From Limnochordia bacterium (GTDB taxonomy: Bacteria > Bacillota > Limnochordia > DUMW01): a DNA stretch of 64,000 nucleotides. Each line of letters begins with the position of its first letter. Position 1 is the stretch's first letter. Below are positions 48,423-57,434 of this stretch, piece by piece. The notes under the pieces are model-generated. The model made no database searches and was not told the DNA's origin. It saw only the letters and a list, made by a program, of their open reading frames with translations. The stretch spans positions 3,515-67,514 of the forward strand of contig JALNWK010000006.1 of assembly GCA_023230925.1 (NCBI GenBank), written 5' to 3'. A program made the position numbers and the translations under genes.

Positions 48423-48596
48423 TTGCAGAAAAACGTAAGGCGGTTGTTCCAAGACGAAACAGGGCAAAGCATGGCCGAATATGGTCTGCTTACCGCTCTG
48501 ATTGCCGTTGTCACCATTGCAGCGGTAAAGGCAATTGGTACAAGCATTAGTACCAAGTTCAATACACTAGCACAAGAAATTTCAGGTACACCATAA
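48423..48596 (+). CDS. flp: Flp-family pilin (canonical)
   Basis: TTG start 8 nt after an AAGGAGGAGGTG RBS. 57 aa, MQKNVRRLFQDETG / QSMAEYGLLTALIAVVTIAAV. Classic Flp prepilin G/xxxAEYGLL motif. Confidence 0.7.
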   Translation: MQKNVRRLFQDETGQSMAEYGLLTALIAVVTIAAVKAIGTSISTKFNTLAQEISGTP

Positions 48597-48710
48597 TATC
48601 TAACTCCCAGTTGGAGTGGGAGGCTTTCCGGCATAAACATGGATTGATTGCGTAGATTTGCAGGGAGAAGGCCAGGGGAATCCCTGGCCCATCCTTTTTG
48701 GAGGGGTTTT

Positions 48711-49193
48711 ATGGTCCCGAAGATCATTAACACTAGCTTGATATTGGGGCTGCTCTATAGCAGTTATACGGACTATCGGACGAACCGAATTTATAATATC
48801 GTTACCATACCCTTAATTGGGTTCGGTTTTGCAGCAAACAGCATTTACTATGGGTTCACTGGTTTGGTTTCTTCTTTGCTAGGATGTTTACTGTCTTCAG
48901 CACCCCTCTTCATTGCTTTTCTGCTAGGTGGTCTCGGTGGCGGTGATGTGAAACTAATGGCGGCCGTTGGTGCGTTAAAGGGCATAGACTTCGGTATTCT
49001 GGCCTTGTTTTTCACCGTGACCGTAGGGGCATTGTGGGCGTTAGTTCTTTTAGCCAAACATGGGGAATTGGGTTCCTTGATCCAGCGGCTTGTAACAGGA
49101 AGGTTAACAGACTGCTCGTCCAAGCTCACCCTTCCCTATGGAATAGCTATTACCTGTGGCTCTTTGCTGGCCCTGGGAGTATCTTGGCTATGA
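48711..49193 (+). CDS. prepilin peptidase CpaA/TadV (A24 family)
   Basis: Multi-TM protein with D...YRTNRIYN and the second catalytic Asp motif GGGDVKLMAAVGALKG. Start at the ATG at 48711, with GGAGGGG upstream. Confidence 0.75.
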   Translation: MVPKIINTSLILGLLYSSYTDYRTNRIYNIVTIPLIGFGFAANSIYYGFTGLVSSLLGCLLSSAPLFIAFLLGGLGGGDVKLMAAVGALKGIDFGILALFFTVTVGALWALVLLAKHGELGSLIQRLVTGRLTDCSSKLTLPYGIAITCGSLLALGVSWL

Positions 49194-49220
49194 AAGAGGC
49201 CAGACAAAGGAGGGGAAAAC

Positions 49221-49604
49221 ATGATAGACCTTAGTTGTGACCGGGGTCAAGTTCTACTGGAGGCGGCGATTGTGTTACCCTTGCTATTGCTAGTCACGAC
49301 AGGGATTATTTACCTGGCCATTGTGTTTAACGACGGGTTAGTTCATCGTTATATTACTTTTGATGCCGTTCGTGAGGCTGCTGTTGCGGGGGGTGTTGAG
49401 TTTTATGCACAGAACTTATACACAGCCCATAGTTTGCTTATGTTTCGGGGCGGTGCCCAACTGGACTTTGCGGTGGAGAACAACCAGGTAGCTGGCCAAG
49501 GGACTCTCTACCGATACTTGCAGTTTCCTGTTTTCCTACGCAAGGTTCCCGCTGCTTTGTTCCGTACCAAGTATCGGTTAACATGTAGTCCCAGAACTAA
49601 CTAA
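49221..49604 (+). CDS. TadE-like pseudopilin
   Basis: N-terminal RGQVLLEAAIVLPLLLLV, the TadE/TadG G-Q...E signature with a hydrophobic helix. Confidence 0.65.
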   Translation: MIDLSCDRGQVLLEAAIVLPLLLLVTTGIIYLAIVFNDGLVHRYITFDAVREAAVAGGVEFYAQNLYTAHSLLMFRGGAQLDFAVENNQVAGQGTLYRYLQFPVFLRKVPAALFRTKYRLTCSPRTN

Positions 49605-49780
49605 GGGGTCATCTACTAACGGGCTATTTCCCATCCTGAGAGCAAGTACCCTGGGCACACAAAGCGAAGGTGCAGGTTCTTTGCCCGGTAGATTAACATC
49701 ATGGATTCCTCTTTTGACGATGGGTATGACCTCTATTCCATCTAAAATATAGTCAGCATTTATGCTATCGCGCTAAGGAG

Positions 49781-50536
49781 GTGATGGGCCTATTGTTTGA
49801 TTCCGCCGGAAGGTGGAATCGTGGCCCAGTTTGTATGAGTAAATTACATCGAAGGGAGAAGCAGGCACTAACCCAAAACCGAAAGTCATCTGTGTTCCCC
49901 CAGTGTCAAAGCGGTCAAGCGGGCATTATGGTTGCTTTGATTCTAGCTGTGGCTGTGCTGTGTGCTGCAGCTGTTTCCCACACCGGGGAGCTGACCTTGG
50001 CCAAAATGCAAGCACAGATTGCAGCGGATGCAGGCGCACAAACCGCGGCGGCAGTTCTAGCCGATGGATTGAATACCGTGGCAATTACCAATGTCATTTT
50101 GGTGGGAGGAACCCTTTTGGTGCCGATCACCGAGGGATTAAGCGGTGCATTAGCACGGGGTGCCCATGTGGCCCAGCAAGTTGCGGTCAACACAACACCC
50201 GCGCTTAGTATTACCCTTGGAGAAACTGCTGCCTTTAATAGCGGAGCCGATTTTGCCGTCCCAACGGTGCTACCGGAGATGCATCTACAACGGGCGGCAT
50301 TGGGATACGAGGATCTGCTATCATACCAGGATAAAAACGTTCGACATGTCGGCTTTGCAGCCATGAAGGAACCGAAAAGTATTGCCAGTGGTTTTGCGGG
50401 TAACTTGGTGGATAAATGGAAGAAGGCATCAATGATTTCCTACGCCAAAGGCGTAGTGATTTGGGATGGCTTCGGTTTGGAGATGATCCGGTCCTTTATA
50501 CCCGCTTACGAAGCAGGCTTGACGACTAATCTTTAG
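49781..50536 (+). CDS. TadG-like / pilus assembly protein
   Basis: SGQAGIMVALILAVAVL N-terminal helix, then an Ala/Thr-rich extracellular domain. AAGGAGG RBS before the ATG at 49784. Confidence 0.5.
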   Translation: MMGLLFDSAGRWNRGPVCMSKLHRREKQALTQNRKSSVFPQCQSGQAGIMVALILAVAVLCAAAVSHTGELTLAKMQAQIAADAGAQTAAAVLADGLNTVAITNVILVGGTLLVPITEGLSGALARGAHVAQQVAVNTTPALSITLGETAAFNSGADFAVPTVLPEMHLQRAALGYEDLLSYQDKNVRHVGFAAMKEPKSIASGFAGNLVDKWKKASMISYAKGVVIWDGFGLEMIRSFIPAYEAGLTTNL

Positions 50537-50552
50537 AAAGTGAGGACTCTGG

Positions 50553-50939
50553 ATGGATAGTGAAAGGGGACAAGCTTTGCTAGAAATGGCTGTGCTCCTA
50601 CCCCTGCTGTTGGGTCTTTTCTTTGCCATCGCCCAAGTTGGGCTATTGTACAACACTAAGCAACTAATGTATATGGCGGCCCACCATGGCGCGTTGGTAG
50701 CAGCCTCAGGTGGTGATGGAGTATTTGAGGCCAGGGACTTGCTGCTAGAAAACGGCATTCATGAAAACCGGATTAGTCGGGTTGAAGAGCAACGGAATGG
50801 GAACCTAGTTACCTTGACTATCCAGTGTTCAGTTCCTCCGCTATTTGGACTTGAACCCTTCGGACAAAGAGAACACATCCTTACCGCACAGGTAACCATG
50901 GGCCAACAACTCATCCCCCGTATTCCGGGGGATGGTTGA
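50553..50939 (+). CDS. TadE/TadF-like pseudopilin
   Basis: ERGQALLEMAVLLPLLLGLFF N-terminal signature. Confidence 0.65.
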   Translation: MDSERGQALLEMAVLLPLLLGLFFAIAQVGLLYNTKQLMYMAAHHGALVAASGGDGVFEARDLLLENGIHENRISRVEEQRNGNLVTLTIQCSVPPLFGLEPFGQREHILTAQVTMGQQLIPRIPGDG

Positions 50940-50994
50940 TGGGACAATCCAGGAAGTCTTCTACCTGTAAATTATGTTTTAGGAGAGTGAGAAC

Positions 50995-51609
50995 TTGCAG
51001 TATTTACGGGTCTTCGCAGTGGTCGGTATGGTCTTGGGCCTCCCATCGACTGTCTGTGCCCAATCATACATATATGCCGATGCCGAGACTACAATCTCCT
51101 GGCTGACCAAAACCATTGAGTCGCCCCAGGAGCTCAGTGATATCCTACATTGGCTTTTTCATCGGTTTAGCTCGGATGATGTGTTGCTATCTCTGTGCCC
51201 CGTTAATGCTTCCTTGGAACTTCAGATATTGGCAAAGACCTCAGCATCATCGGTCTCATTGGAAGTCCCCCTGCCGGCGGATAGTAGGTTGCTTGCCATT
51301 TTACGTTCTGTGGGGCAGGGATACCTAGTTGAGACCATGGCCTTCTATACCCCTTGGTCACCTAGCAAAGTGGCTGAGTTTTACCAGATGGGACTGGTCG
51401 AATCCGGATGGAGTCCGGTGTACAACCTGCGTCACACTGATGGAATGATCCCTAGGAGAGTCTTATCCTTTGTGAAGGGATCAGAGGGGAGGTACATCAT
51501 GATTGATGAGGGTATTGATCCTTTAACTTTCGTACAGCTAGTTTGCTACCGAGTAGTGACCAGTCAGTATGATGCGGTATTCAAAGGAGGGATGAGTCAT
51601 GCACAATAA
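50995..51609 (+). CDS. secreted protein of unknown function within the Tad locus
   Basis: Signal peptide (VFAVVGMVLGLPSTVCAQS). No recognisable family. TTG start with a GGAGAGTGAG RBS. Confidence 0.4.
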   Translation: MQYLRVFAVVGMVLGLPSTVCAQSYIYADAETTISWLTKTIESPQELSDILHWLFHRFSSDDVLLSLCPVNASLELQILAKTSASSVSLEVPLPADSRLLAILRSVGQGYLVETMAFYTPWSPSKVAEFYQMGLVESGWSPVYNLRHTDGMIPRRVLSFVKGSEGRYIMIDEGIDPLTFVQLVCYRVVTSQYDAVFKGGMSHAQ

Positions 51610-52456
51610 GCGTCGTTTCCTGATTGCCTTGGCACTGGCGATCTTGGCGGCATTGTTTGCCGTTCGACACTTGCAGGCAGTTGAAACGCGGAAAATACTA
51701 GGCAACCAATCCGGTCGAGCGATCGTGACCGTAAAACCAGTATCCAAGGGGACTAAGATCACGCCGGATGTGATAGCCTATCTACCCATAGCCGAGGAGT
51801 TGATTCCTGCAAACGCGTTCATTGATGTAGAGACAATCCTGGGACGAACAACAGCAAGGGATCTACCCAAAGGAAGCCTGTTGCTAGAAGAACACTTGAT
51901 TACGGGGCGAACCCTAGCACAACGCTTAGCTGGTTCCTTGTATGGTTTTACTCTATCTGTGGATGAGCGAAATGCCATCGCTGGTTTGCTACGTCCAGGA
52001 GACTATGTGGATGTAATCAGTGTCCTTGCTGGGCGCGCCCTTACTGGAGCAGCAAGTGTCACCGTATTACGCCAGGTTCCGGTCATGGCTGTTAACGGTG
52101 TCCTAGGAGGGGATAGTCTGACATCGGGAACCGGACGAACAACGGTCACCCTTGGCCTTTCTTTGCACGAGGCCCAGACGTTGGCCTTATTCGAAGAGTA
52201 TAGCACATTGAGGTTGATCCTGTGTTCCGAACTAGGGGATGGCGGCACAGGTTCAGTAGAACCAACTGAATTGGAGCAGGTTCTATCCCAACAGGGTATC
52301 AACCTCAGGGATGAATTTTCTACCGACACAACGGACTGGAACAGTCTATTACAGGGAATTAGTTGGCCTGGTACTTCCACCATAGTTGATGGTTCACTAG
52401 GTACCGGTGGAGAGGTCATCCGGGGAACTACTGTGGAAAGACGAGATCTTAACTAG
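51599..52456 (+). CDS. cpaB: Flp pilus assembly protein CpaB/RcpC (SAF domain)
   Basis: N-terminal TM, then a SAF/RcpC domain (RAIVTVKPVSKGTKITPDVI...LPKGSLLL..). AAAGGAGG RBS. Confidence 0.75.
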   Translation: MHNKRRFLIALALAILAALFAVRHLQAVETRKILGNQSGRAIVTVKPVSKGTKITPDVIAYLPIAEELIPANAFIDVETILGRTTARDLPKGSLLLEEHLITGRTLAQRLAGSLYGFTLSVDERNAIAGLLRPGDYVDVISVLAGRALTGAASVTVLRQVPVMAVNGVLGGDSLTSGTGRTTVTLGLSLHEAQTLALFEEYSTLRLILCSELGDGGTGSVEPTELEQVLSQQGINLRDEFSTDTTDWNSLLQGISWPGTSTIVDGSLGTGGEVIRGTTVERRDLN

Positions 52457-52479
52457 AAATGACTGGAAGGAGTAGATAG

Positions 52480-53643
52480 ATGCGCAAACTAATACAGGCA
52501 ATCATCGTTGGTTTACTGGTGGTGGGTTTGGTCAGTCTTTGCAGTGGTGAAGTCATTAGTGTCGCAGAGCATTGCTCCCTTGTGATACCAGGTAGTAGGT
52601 TAGAACGGGTAGCTGTGGGAAATCCCCGGGTGGCTGATGTGCAGCTGATCAGTTCCACCGAGTTTTTGGTTAATGGCAAGAGCCCCGGGAGAACTAACAT
52701 CTTAGTGTGGGACGAGGATGAAGTAAGAGAGTATACCGTGTATGTGACCACAAATGATGAGCAACTCCCGGAGGAATGGTTTGAGGAAGTCGGTCAACAA
52801 CTCCATCGATGGGGAATCGATCTAAGAAAAGTCGGCCCGGTGGCGATACTGGAGGGGGAGACGGCAACCGCAGCACAGCTAGCCGCTGCCGAGCATATTA
52901 CAAGCCGACTTTTTGATGATGTGGCCAGTCTAGTAAGGTTGTCTACAGATGAGACTCCTGTATTTGACGACTACAGCCAGATCCAGTTAATCACTTATAT
53001 TGTTGAGCTAAGCGAAGGGTCCCTGCGAACCCTGGGTATCGATTGGCAAAGGACCATTGCCTCTGATGAGTTTGGTTTGCTTAATCTAGCTAGTGTTGCT
53101 CAATTAAGTGCATTGATCAACAAGATCGAAATGATGGAGCAGACCGGCAAGGCTTCAATACTTGCCAATCCTGTTCTGCTGGTAACCAGCGGGAAACCAG
53201 CGCGTTTTCTGGCCGGGGGGCAAGTGCCTATCCCCGTCGAAAGCGGCGAGAACCTACAGATTCAATGGAAGGAATACGGGGTTTCGGTCCAGGTTACAGC
53301 CAGGATAGAGGAGGATACGATTGTGATCAAGATTGAGCCGGAGGTGAGCTCCCTTGATTGGGCCAATGCGGTAAACACCAAGGGTGGTACCATACCTGCC
53401 TTGCGTACCCGGAGCTTGTATACCGAAGTGCGAATGCTTCCCCATGAAACCCTAGTGTTAGGCGGTCTTTTCATTCAGGAAGAAGCTAAAAGTCACGATA
53501 AGGTACCTTTGCTAGGAAGCTTGCCGTTGCTTGGTGGACTGTTTAGGACATCCTCCATTGAAAAAAGAAACACGGAACTAGTAATCCTGCTCTCAGCATT
53601 TCCAAAAACGAAAGGTCTAGGGAGAGTGAGCAGTCTTGACTAG
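52480..53643 (+). CDS. cpaC: secretin (CpaC/RcpA, type II/III secretion system secretin family)
   Basis: Signal peptide. The C-terminal secretin domain ends in the hallmark VPLLGSLPLLGGLFRTSSIEKRNTELVILLSAFP. N-terminal BON/secretin-N like region. Confidence 0.8.
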   Translation: MRKLIQAIIVGLLVVGLVSLCSGEVISVAEHCSLVIPGSRLERVAVGNPRVADVQLISSTEFLVNGKSPGRTNILVWDEDEVREYTVYVTTNDEQLPEEWFEEVGQQLHRWGIDLRKVGPVAILEGETATAAQLAAAEHITSRLFDDVASLVRLSTDETPVFDDYSQIQLITYIVELSEGSLRTLGIDWQRTIASDEFGLLNLASVAQLSALINKIEMMEQTGKASILANPVLLVTSGKPARFLAGGQVPIPVESGENLQIQWKEYGVSVQVTARIEEDTIVIKIEPEVSSLDWANAVNTKGGTIPALRTRSLYTEVRMLPHETLVLGGLFIQEEAKSHDKVPLLGSLPLLGGLFRTSSIEKRNTELVILLSAFPKTKGLGRVSSLD

Positions 53644-55648
53644 AGATAAACCACTGATTTTCGCTGTGACGGGGGCCAAAGGCGGGGTAGGTTGCACTCA
53701 TCTTGCCACCCAGTTGGCACAATCCTTTGCTTTGGCTGGCAAGAGCACTGTGATCTGTGATCTAAACTGGCGGACGGGAGGGGATGTTCATCTATTTCTT
53801 GGTACCCCGATAGAAACCTCTGTCTACGACTGGCTGCAGACCAAACAGACCGGGAGACGCTCTAGCATCAGTGCCTACTTACAGCTTCATGAAAGTGGGT
53901 TGCAGGTTCTGGCAACACCATCCTTCGGCATGAAAATCGGGTACGGACAGGATGTATGTGAGCTTGCTTCCGCTTTGACTCCCTTAGCTGAAGTGGTCGT
54001 ATTTGATTGTGGTACGGCGCTAGATGAAGTCACGATGTCTGCGATGGATGCTGCGGATGTCGTCTTGTTAGCAACTACCGGTGATGTTGTTGCTTTGGAG
54101 AATCTGCTAAACCGGATTGAACGCTTACGGGAGTTGCAGTACGTGCAGGATCGGTTTCGTCTGGTTTTGAATGAACGATCCCGCCTCGAGATTTCTTTCT
54201 CTGAGATGAAGGCGCTTCTGGGTGGTGAGTTCTATGGGATTATACCTGAGGGACTTTCGGAAGCCTTCATGGCAATCAGGGAAATCGCGGAGCGTCTATG
54301 GAGTGAACACGTCGATGGGGTCCTTTTTCCCCAGATAGAAAAGAAGGAGTCCTTCTTTTCTAGATTGGTTCCGAAATTGAGGATACGGTCGCCCAAAAAG
54401 CAGGAAGAGCCACCGATTGAGGAATCCGTAGATGCGATTGGTCTCAGGAAGATCAAAATCGAGGTACATCAACAACTCATGGACCGAATCGATATCAGGA
54501 AGATTGACCTTGCTCCCGATACAGGAGAAAACTTGCGTAAACAGGTGGAGCAGCACGTTACAGATATCTTATCCGGATACCGCCAGCTAAAAAACAACCG
54601 GCCCCTCCGGTTAACCTTGGTCAAAGAGATCGTCAATGAGGTATTGGGGCTAGGTCATCTTGAAGAGTTCTTACAGGATCCTGAGGTAACAGAGATTATG
54701 GTCAATGGAGCTGAACAGGTTTACGTGGAAAGAAGGGGAAGGATCGAGTTGACTGATCGTACCTTCATTAATGATGCCCAAGTCCTACAGATCCTAGAGC
54801 GGATCCTCGCACCTTTAGGTCGCCGGATTGATGAAAGCTCCCCCATGGTAGATGCCCGGCTGCCCGATGGTTCTCGGGTCAATGCGGTTATTCCGCCCTT
54901 AGCTGTCGATTGTCCAACATTGACGATCCGTAAGTTTGAGGTAGTACCTTTTACGATGAAGGACCTAGTGCTGAAAGGAACCATTGATAGACAAACAGCT
55001 GACATCGTCAGTGAGGCCGTCAGAGCCAAGAGGAACATTATCATCTCAGGGGGCACAGGTTCAGGGAAGACTACGTTGCTCAATGTGCTTTCGGACTTCA
55101 TTGGTAGGGATGAGCGGATTATTACCATCGAGGATGCTGCGGAGTTGCGACTAAAACAGGCCCATGTGATTCGTCTAGAGGCTAGACCCGCTAACATTGA
55201 AGGAAAAGGCGAGGTCGCCATTAGGGATTTGGTACGTAATGCGCTGCGCATGCGACCTGATCGGATTATTGTTGGAGAGGTCCGGGGTGGTGAAGCTTTG
55301 GATATGCTCCAAGCTATGAATACAGGACACAAGGGCTCATTAAGCACCATCCATGCAAACTCGCCAAGGGATGCCATTTCCAGGCTAGAGACCATGGTCC
55401 TTATGGCCGATGTGGACCTTCCCCTTGGGGCCATTCGCAATCAGATCGCCTCAGCGATTGACCTAATCATCCATATGAGCCGCCAAAGTGATGGTTCCCG
55501 GCGGGTAATTAGTATGGCACAGATTAAGGGAATAAGGGAGGGAGAGATCGTCCTAGGTGATCTACTCAGAACCCCGGCAAAGGCTTCTGAGGAGTACGAA
55601 GGCCCTCATTCTCAAGCTGTCTCTGCGGTGGGAGATATCGGAGGCTAG
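53636..55648 (+). CDS. fused CpaE/TadZ-like ParA/MinD ATPase and CpaF/TadA secretion ATPase
   Basis: Residues 1-250 form a deviant Walker A MinD/ParA domain (VTGAKGGVGCTHLA). Residues about 270-670 form a T2SSE/VirB11-like ATPase (Walker A GGTGSGKTT, Asp box, Walker B, His box). A single 670-aa ORF with a Lys/Pro-rich linker. Confidence 0.75.
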   Translation: MTRDKPLIFAVTGAKGGVGCTHLATQLAQSFALAGKSTVICDLNWRTGGDVHLFLGTPIETSVYDWLQTKQTGRRSSISAYLQLHESGLQVLATPSFGMKIGYGQDVCELASALTPLAEVVVFDCGTALDEVTMSAMDAADVVLLATTGDVVALENLLNRIERLRELQYVQDRFRLVLNERSRLEISFSEMKALLGGEFYGIIPEGLSEAFMAIREIAERLWSEHVDGVLFPQIEKKESFFSRLVPKLRIRSPKKQEEPPIEESVDAIGLRKIKIEVHQQLMDRIDIRKIDLAPDTGENLRKQVEQHVTDILSGYRQLKNNRPLRLTLVKEIVNEVLGLGHLEEFLQDPEVTEIMVNGAEQVYVERRGRIELTDRTFINDAQVLQILERILAPLGRRIDESSPMVDARLPDGSRVNAVIPPLAVDCPTLTIRKFEVVPFTMKDLVLKGTIDRQTADIVSEAVRAKRNIIISGGTGSGKTTLLNVLSDFIGRDERIITIEDAAELRLKQAHVIRLEARPANIEGKGEVAIRDLVRNALRMRPDRIIVGEVRGGEALDMLQAMNTGHKGSLSTIHANSPRDAISRLETMVLMADVDLPLGAIRNQIASAIDLIIHMSRQSDGSRRVISMAQIKGIREGEIVLGDLLRTPAKASEEYEGPHSQAVSAVGDIGG

Positions 55649-55704
55649 TCTGAGATTAGTCAAATTCAATGTTTCTTCCTAAACGAGAAAAGGAGGTGGT
55701 GATC

Positions 55705-56487
55705 ATGATTGTCATTGTGGCTGGTCTTGTGTTCGGCGCGGTTTTTCTGGCGACTTCCAGTGGTTGGCCCTATCTTGAACGTATCTGGCGGTGGATACAA
55801 CCCTTAGGTAAAAACCCCCTTTTCCTTGGATTAGGGGTGTTTCTGGTGGTGTATGCACTACGGGGCAGTATTAGTCTAGGTCTGTTGCTTTCATTGAGTA
55901 TTGTTAGCGCAGTAAAGGTAAAATCGATGTACTTGCGAAGACGCCGTTTTCATGCATTGGATAGTCAGTTAGCCGATGGTCTTCTGTTATTGTCAAACGG
56001 CCTCAAAGCAGGTTTTAGTCTACGCCAAGCCCTGGAGATGGTGGGGCGGGAAATGGCAGATCCCTTGGGAGCTGAGATACGGGTGCTGGTCCATGAACTG
56101 GACCTAGGAATTTCGTTGCCCGAGGCCATGCGCCGTTTTTCTATTTCAGCGGAGCATCCAGATGTAGAGCTGGCTGTTACCGCTATTCTTGTACAGCGGG
56201 TGACTGGGGGCAATTTGGCCGTAGCCTTAGAGCGGATCGCCGGTACGATAAATGAACGTAGGCGGTTAGTCGGTAAGGTGCGGGCTATGACAAGCCAAGG
56301 CCGCCTTACAGGGGTGATTATTTCCTTGATGCCTGTAGTCTTGATGCTATTGCTTTTGCTCATCGCTCCGGACTTTGTGGCACCGCTGCTCTTTACTACC
56401 CAAGGGCGCTTACTGCTCACTCTAGGGGCCATGATGCAAGCCATCGGAGCGTTGTTGGTATGGCGGATTTGCTCTGTGGAATTGTAG
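55705..56487 (+). CDS. tadB: Flp pilus assembly membrane protein TadB (T2SS-F family)
   Basis: T2SSF domain membrane protein. ATG at 55705 after an AAAGGAGGTGGTG RBS. Confidence 0.75.
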   Translation: MIVIVAGLVFGAVFLATSSGWPYLERIWRWIQPLGKNPLFLGLGVFLVVYALRGSISLGLLLSLSIVSAVKVKSMYLRRRRFHALDSQLADGLLLLSNGLKAGFSLRQALEMVGREMADPLGAEIRVLVHELDLGISLPEAMRRFSISAEHPDVELAVTAILVQRVTGGNLAVALERIAGTINERRRLVGKVRAMTSQGRLTGVIISLMPVVLMLLLLLIAPDFVAPLLFTTQGRLLLTLGAMMQAIGALLVWRICSVEL

Positions 56488-56576
56488 TGGAACGTCAATG
56501 GAATAGAAAGGGTTCTATTTAGTGAGCGAGTATTCCTATAGAAAGGCGGTGTGGCGACCTTTGGTCGCTTAATTCT

Positions 56577-57434
56577 ATGCAGGTTATCCTGGTTGGTATT
56601 TTAGTCGGTTCTGCTGTATTCTTTGCGGTTGCGGGAATACTACCCTCGGAGCAAAGAACCAGAAGACTTCTCAATTGCAAGCAGCAAGAGACTGTCTATG
56701 GTCATCTGAAGACACCATGGCGTGTTCTACTGGAGATCGTCTGCGGGATGGGGCGGCTCTGTCGGCATATACTTCCTAAAAGCTACCTAGGCAAATGTCA
56801 GGATTTATTAATAATGGCAGGAGAACCCTTGGGGATTGATGTATACTGCGGACTTGGTGTTGTTGTACTATGCTTAGCCATGGGTTTTGGCCTGGCAGCA
56901 TCAAATTGGATGGTTACCTTCTTTGCTATTATTCTAGGGTTAGTCTCCATGCGGATATGGCTTGTGGCCATGGTTCGGCGCAGAAGAAACTGCATATCCC
57001 GGACACTACCCTTTGCTTTGGATCTCTTAACCATCTGTGGAGAGGCGGGACTCGGTTTTGATAGTGCATTGTCCCGCTATGTGGAAAGCAGCGACGAGGG
57101 ACCACTTAGGGAAGAGTTTGTGGGACTCCTCCAAGATATGCGGTCGGGAAAGTCACGGTATCAGGCGTTGAAGGATTTTGCCGAGCGACTAAAAAGTCCT
57201 GAGATAGACTCCTTTTGCCTGACGATGATGCAGGCTGATCAACTAGGGACTAGTATTGGCACTGTGTTGCGGATGCTGGCAGATCAAACTAGAACACGCA
57301 GGAGTCAGCAAATAGAAGGTCTAGCCATGCGGGCGCCTGTTAAGATGCTATTTCCCCTATTATTCTTCGTCTTTCCTGCGGTTTTCATCGTCTTCTTTGG
57401 TCCTATTTTGCTAAATGGTCTTTTCCTTACCTGA
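56577..57434 (+). CDS. tadC: Flp pilus assembly membrane protein TadC (T2SS-F family)
   Basis: Second T2SSF-domain membrane protein, immediately after tadB. Confidence 0.7.
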   Translation: MQVILVGILVGSAVFFAVAGILPSEQRTRRLLNCKQQETVYGHLKTPWRVLLEIVCGMGRLCRHILPKSYLGKCQDLLIMAGEPLGIDVYCGLGVVVLCLAMGFGLAASNWMVTFFAIILGLVSMRIWLVAMVRRRRNCISRTLPFALDLLTICGEAGLGFDSALSRYVESSDEGPLREEFVGLLQDMRSGKSRYQALKDFAERLKSPEIDSFCLTMMQADQLGTSIGTVLRMLADQTRTRRSQQIEGLAMRAPVKMLFPLLFFVFPAVFIVFFGPILLNGLFLT

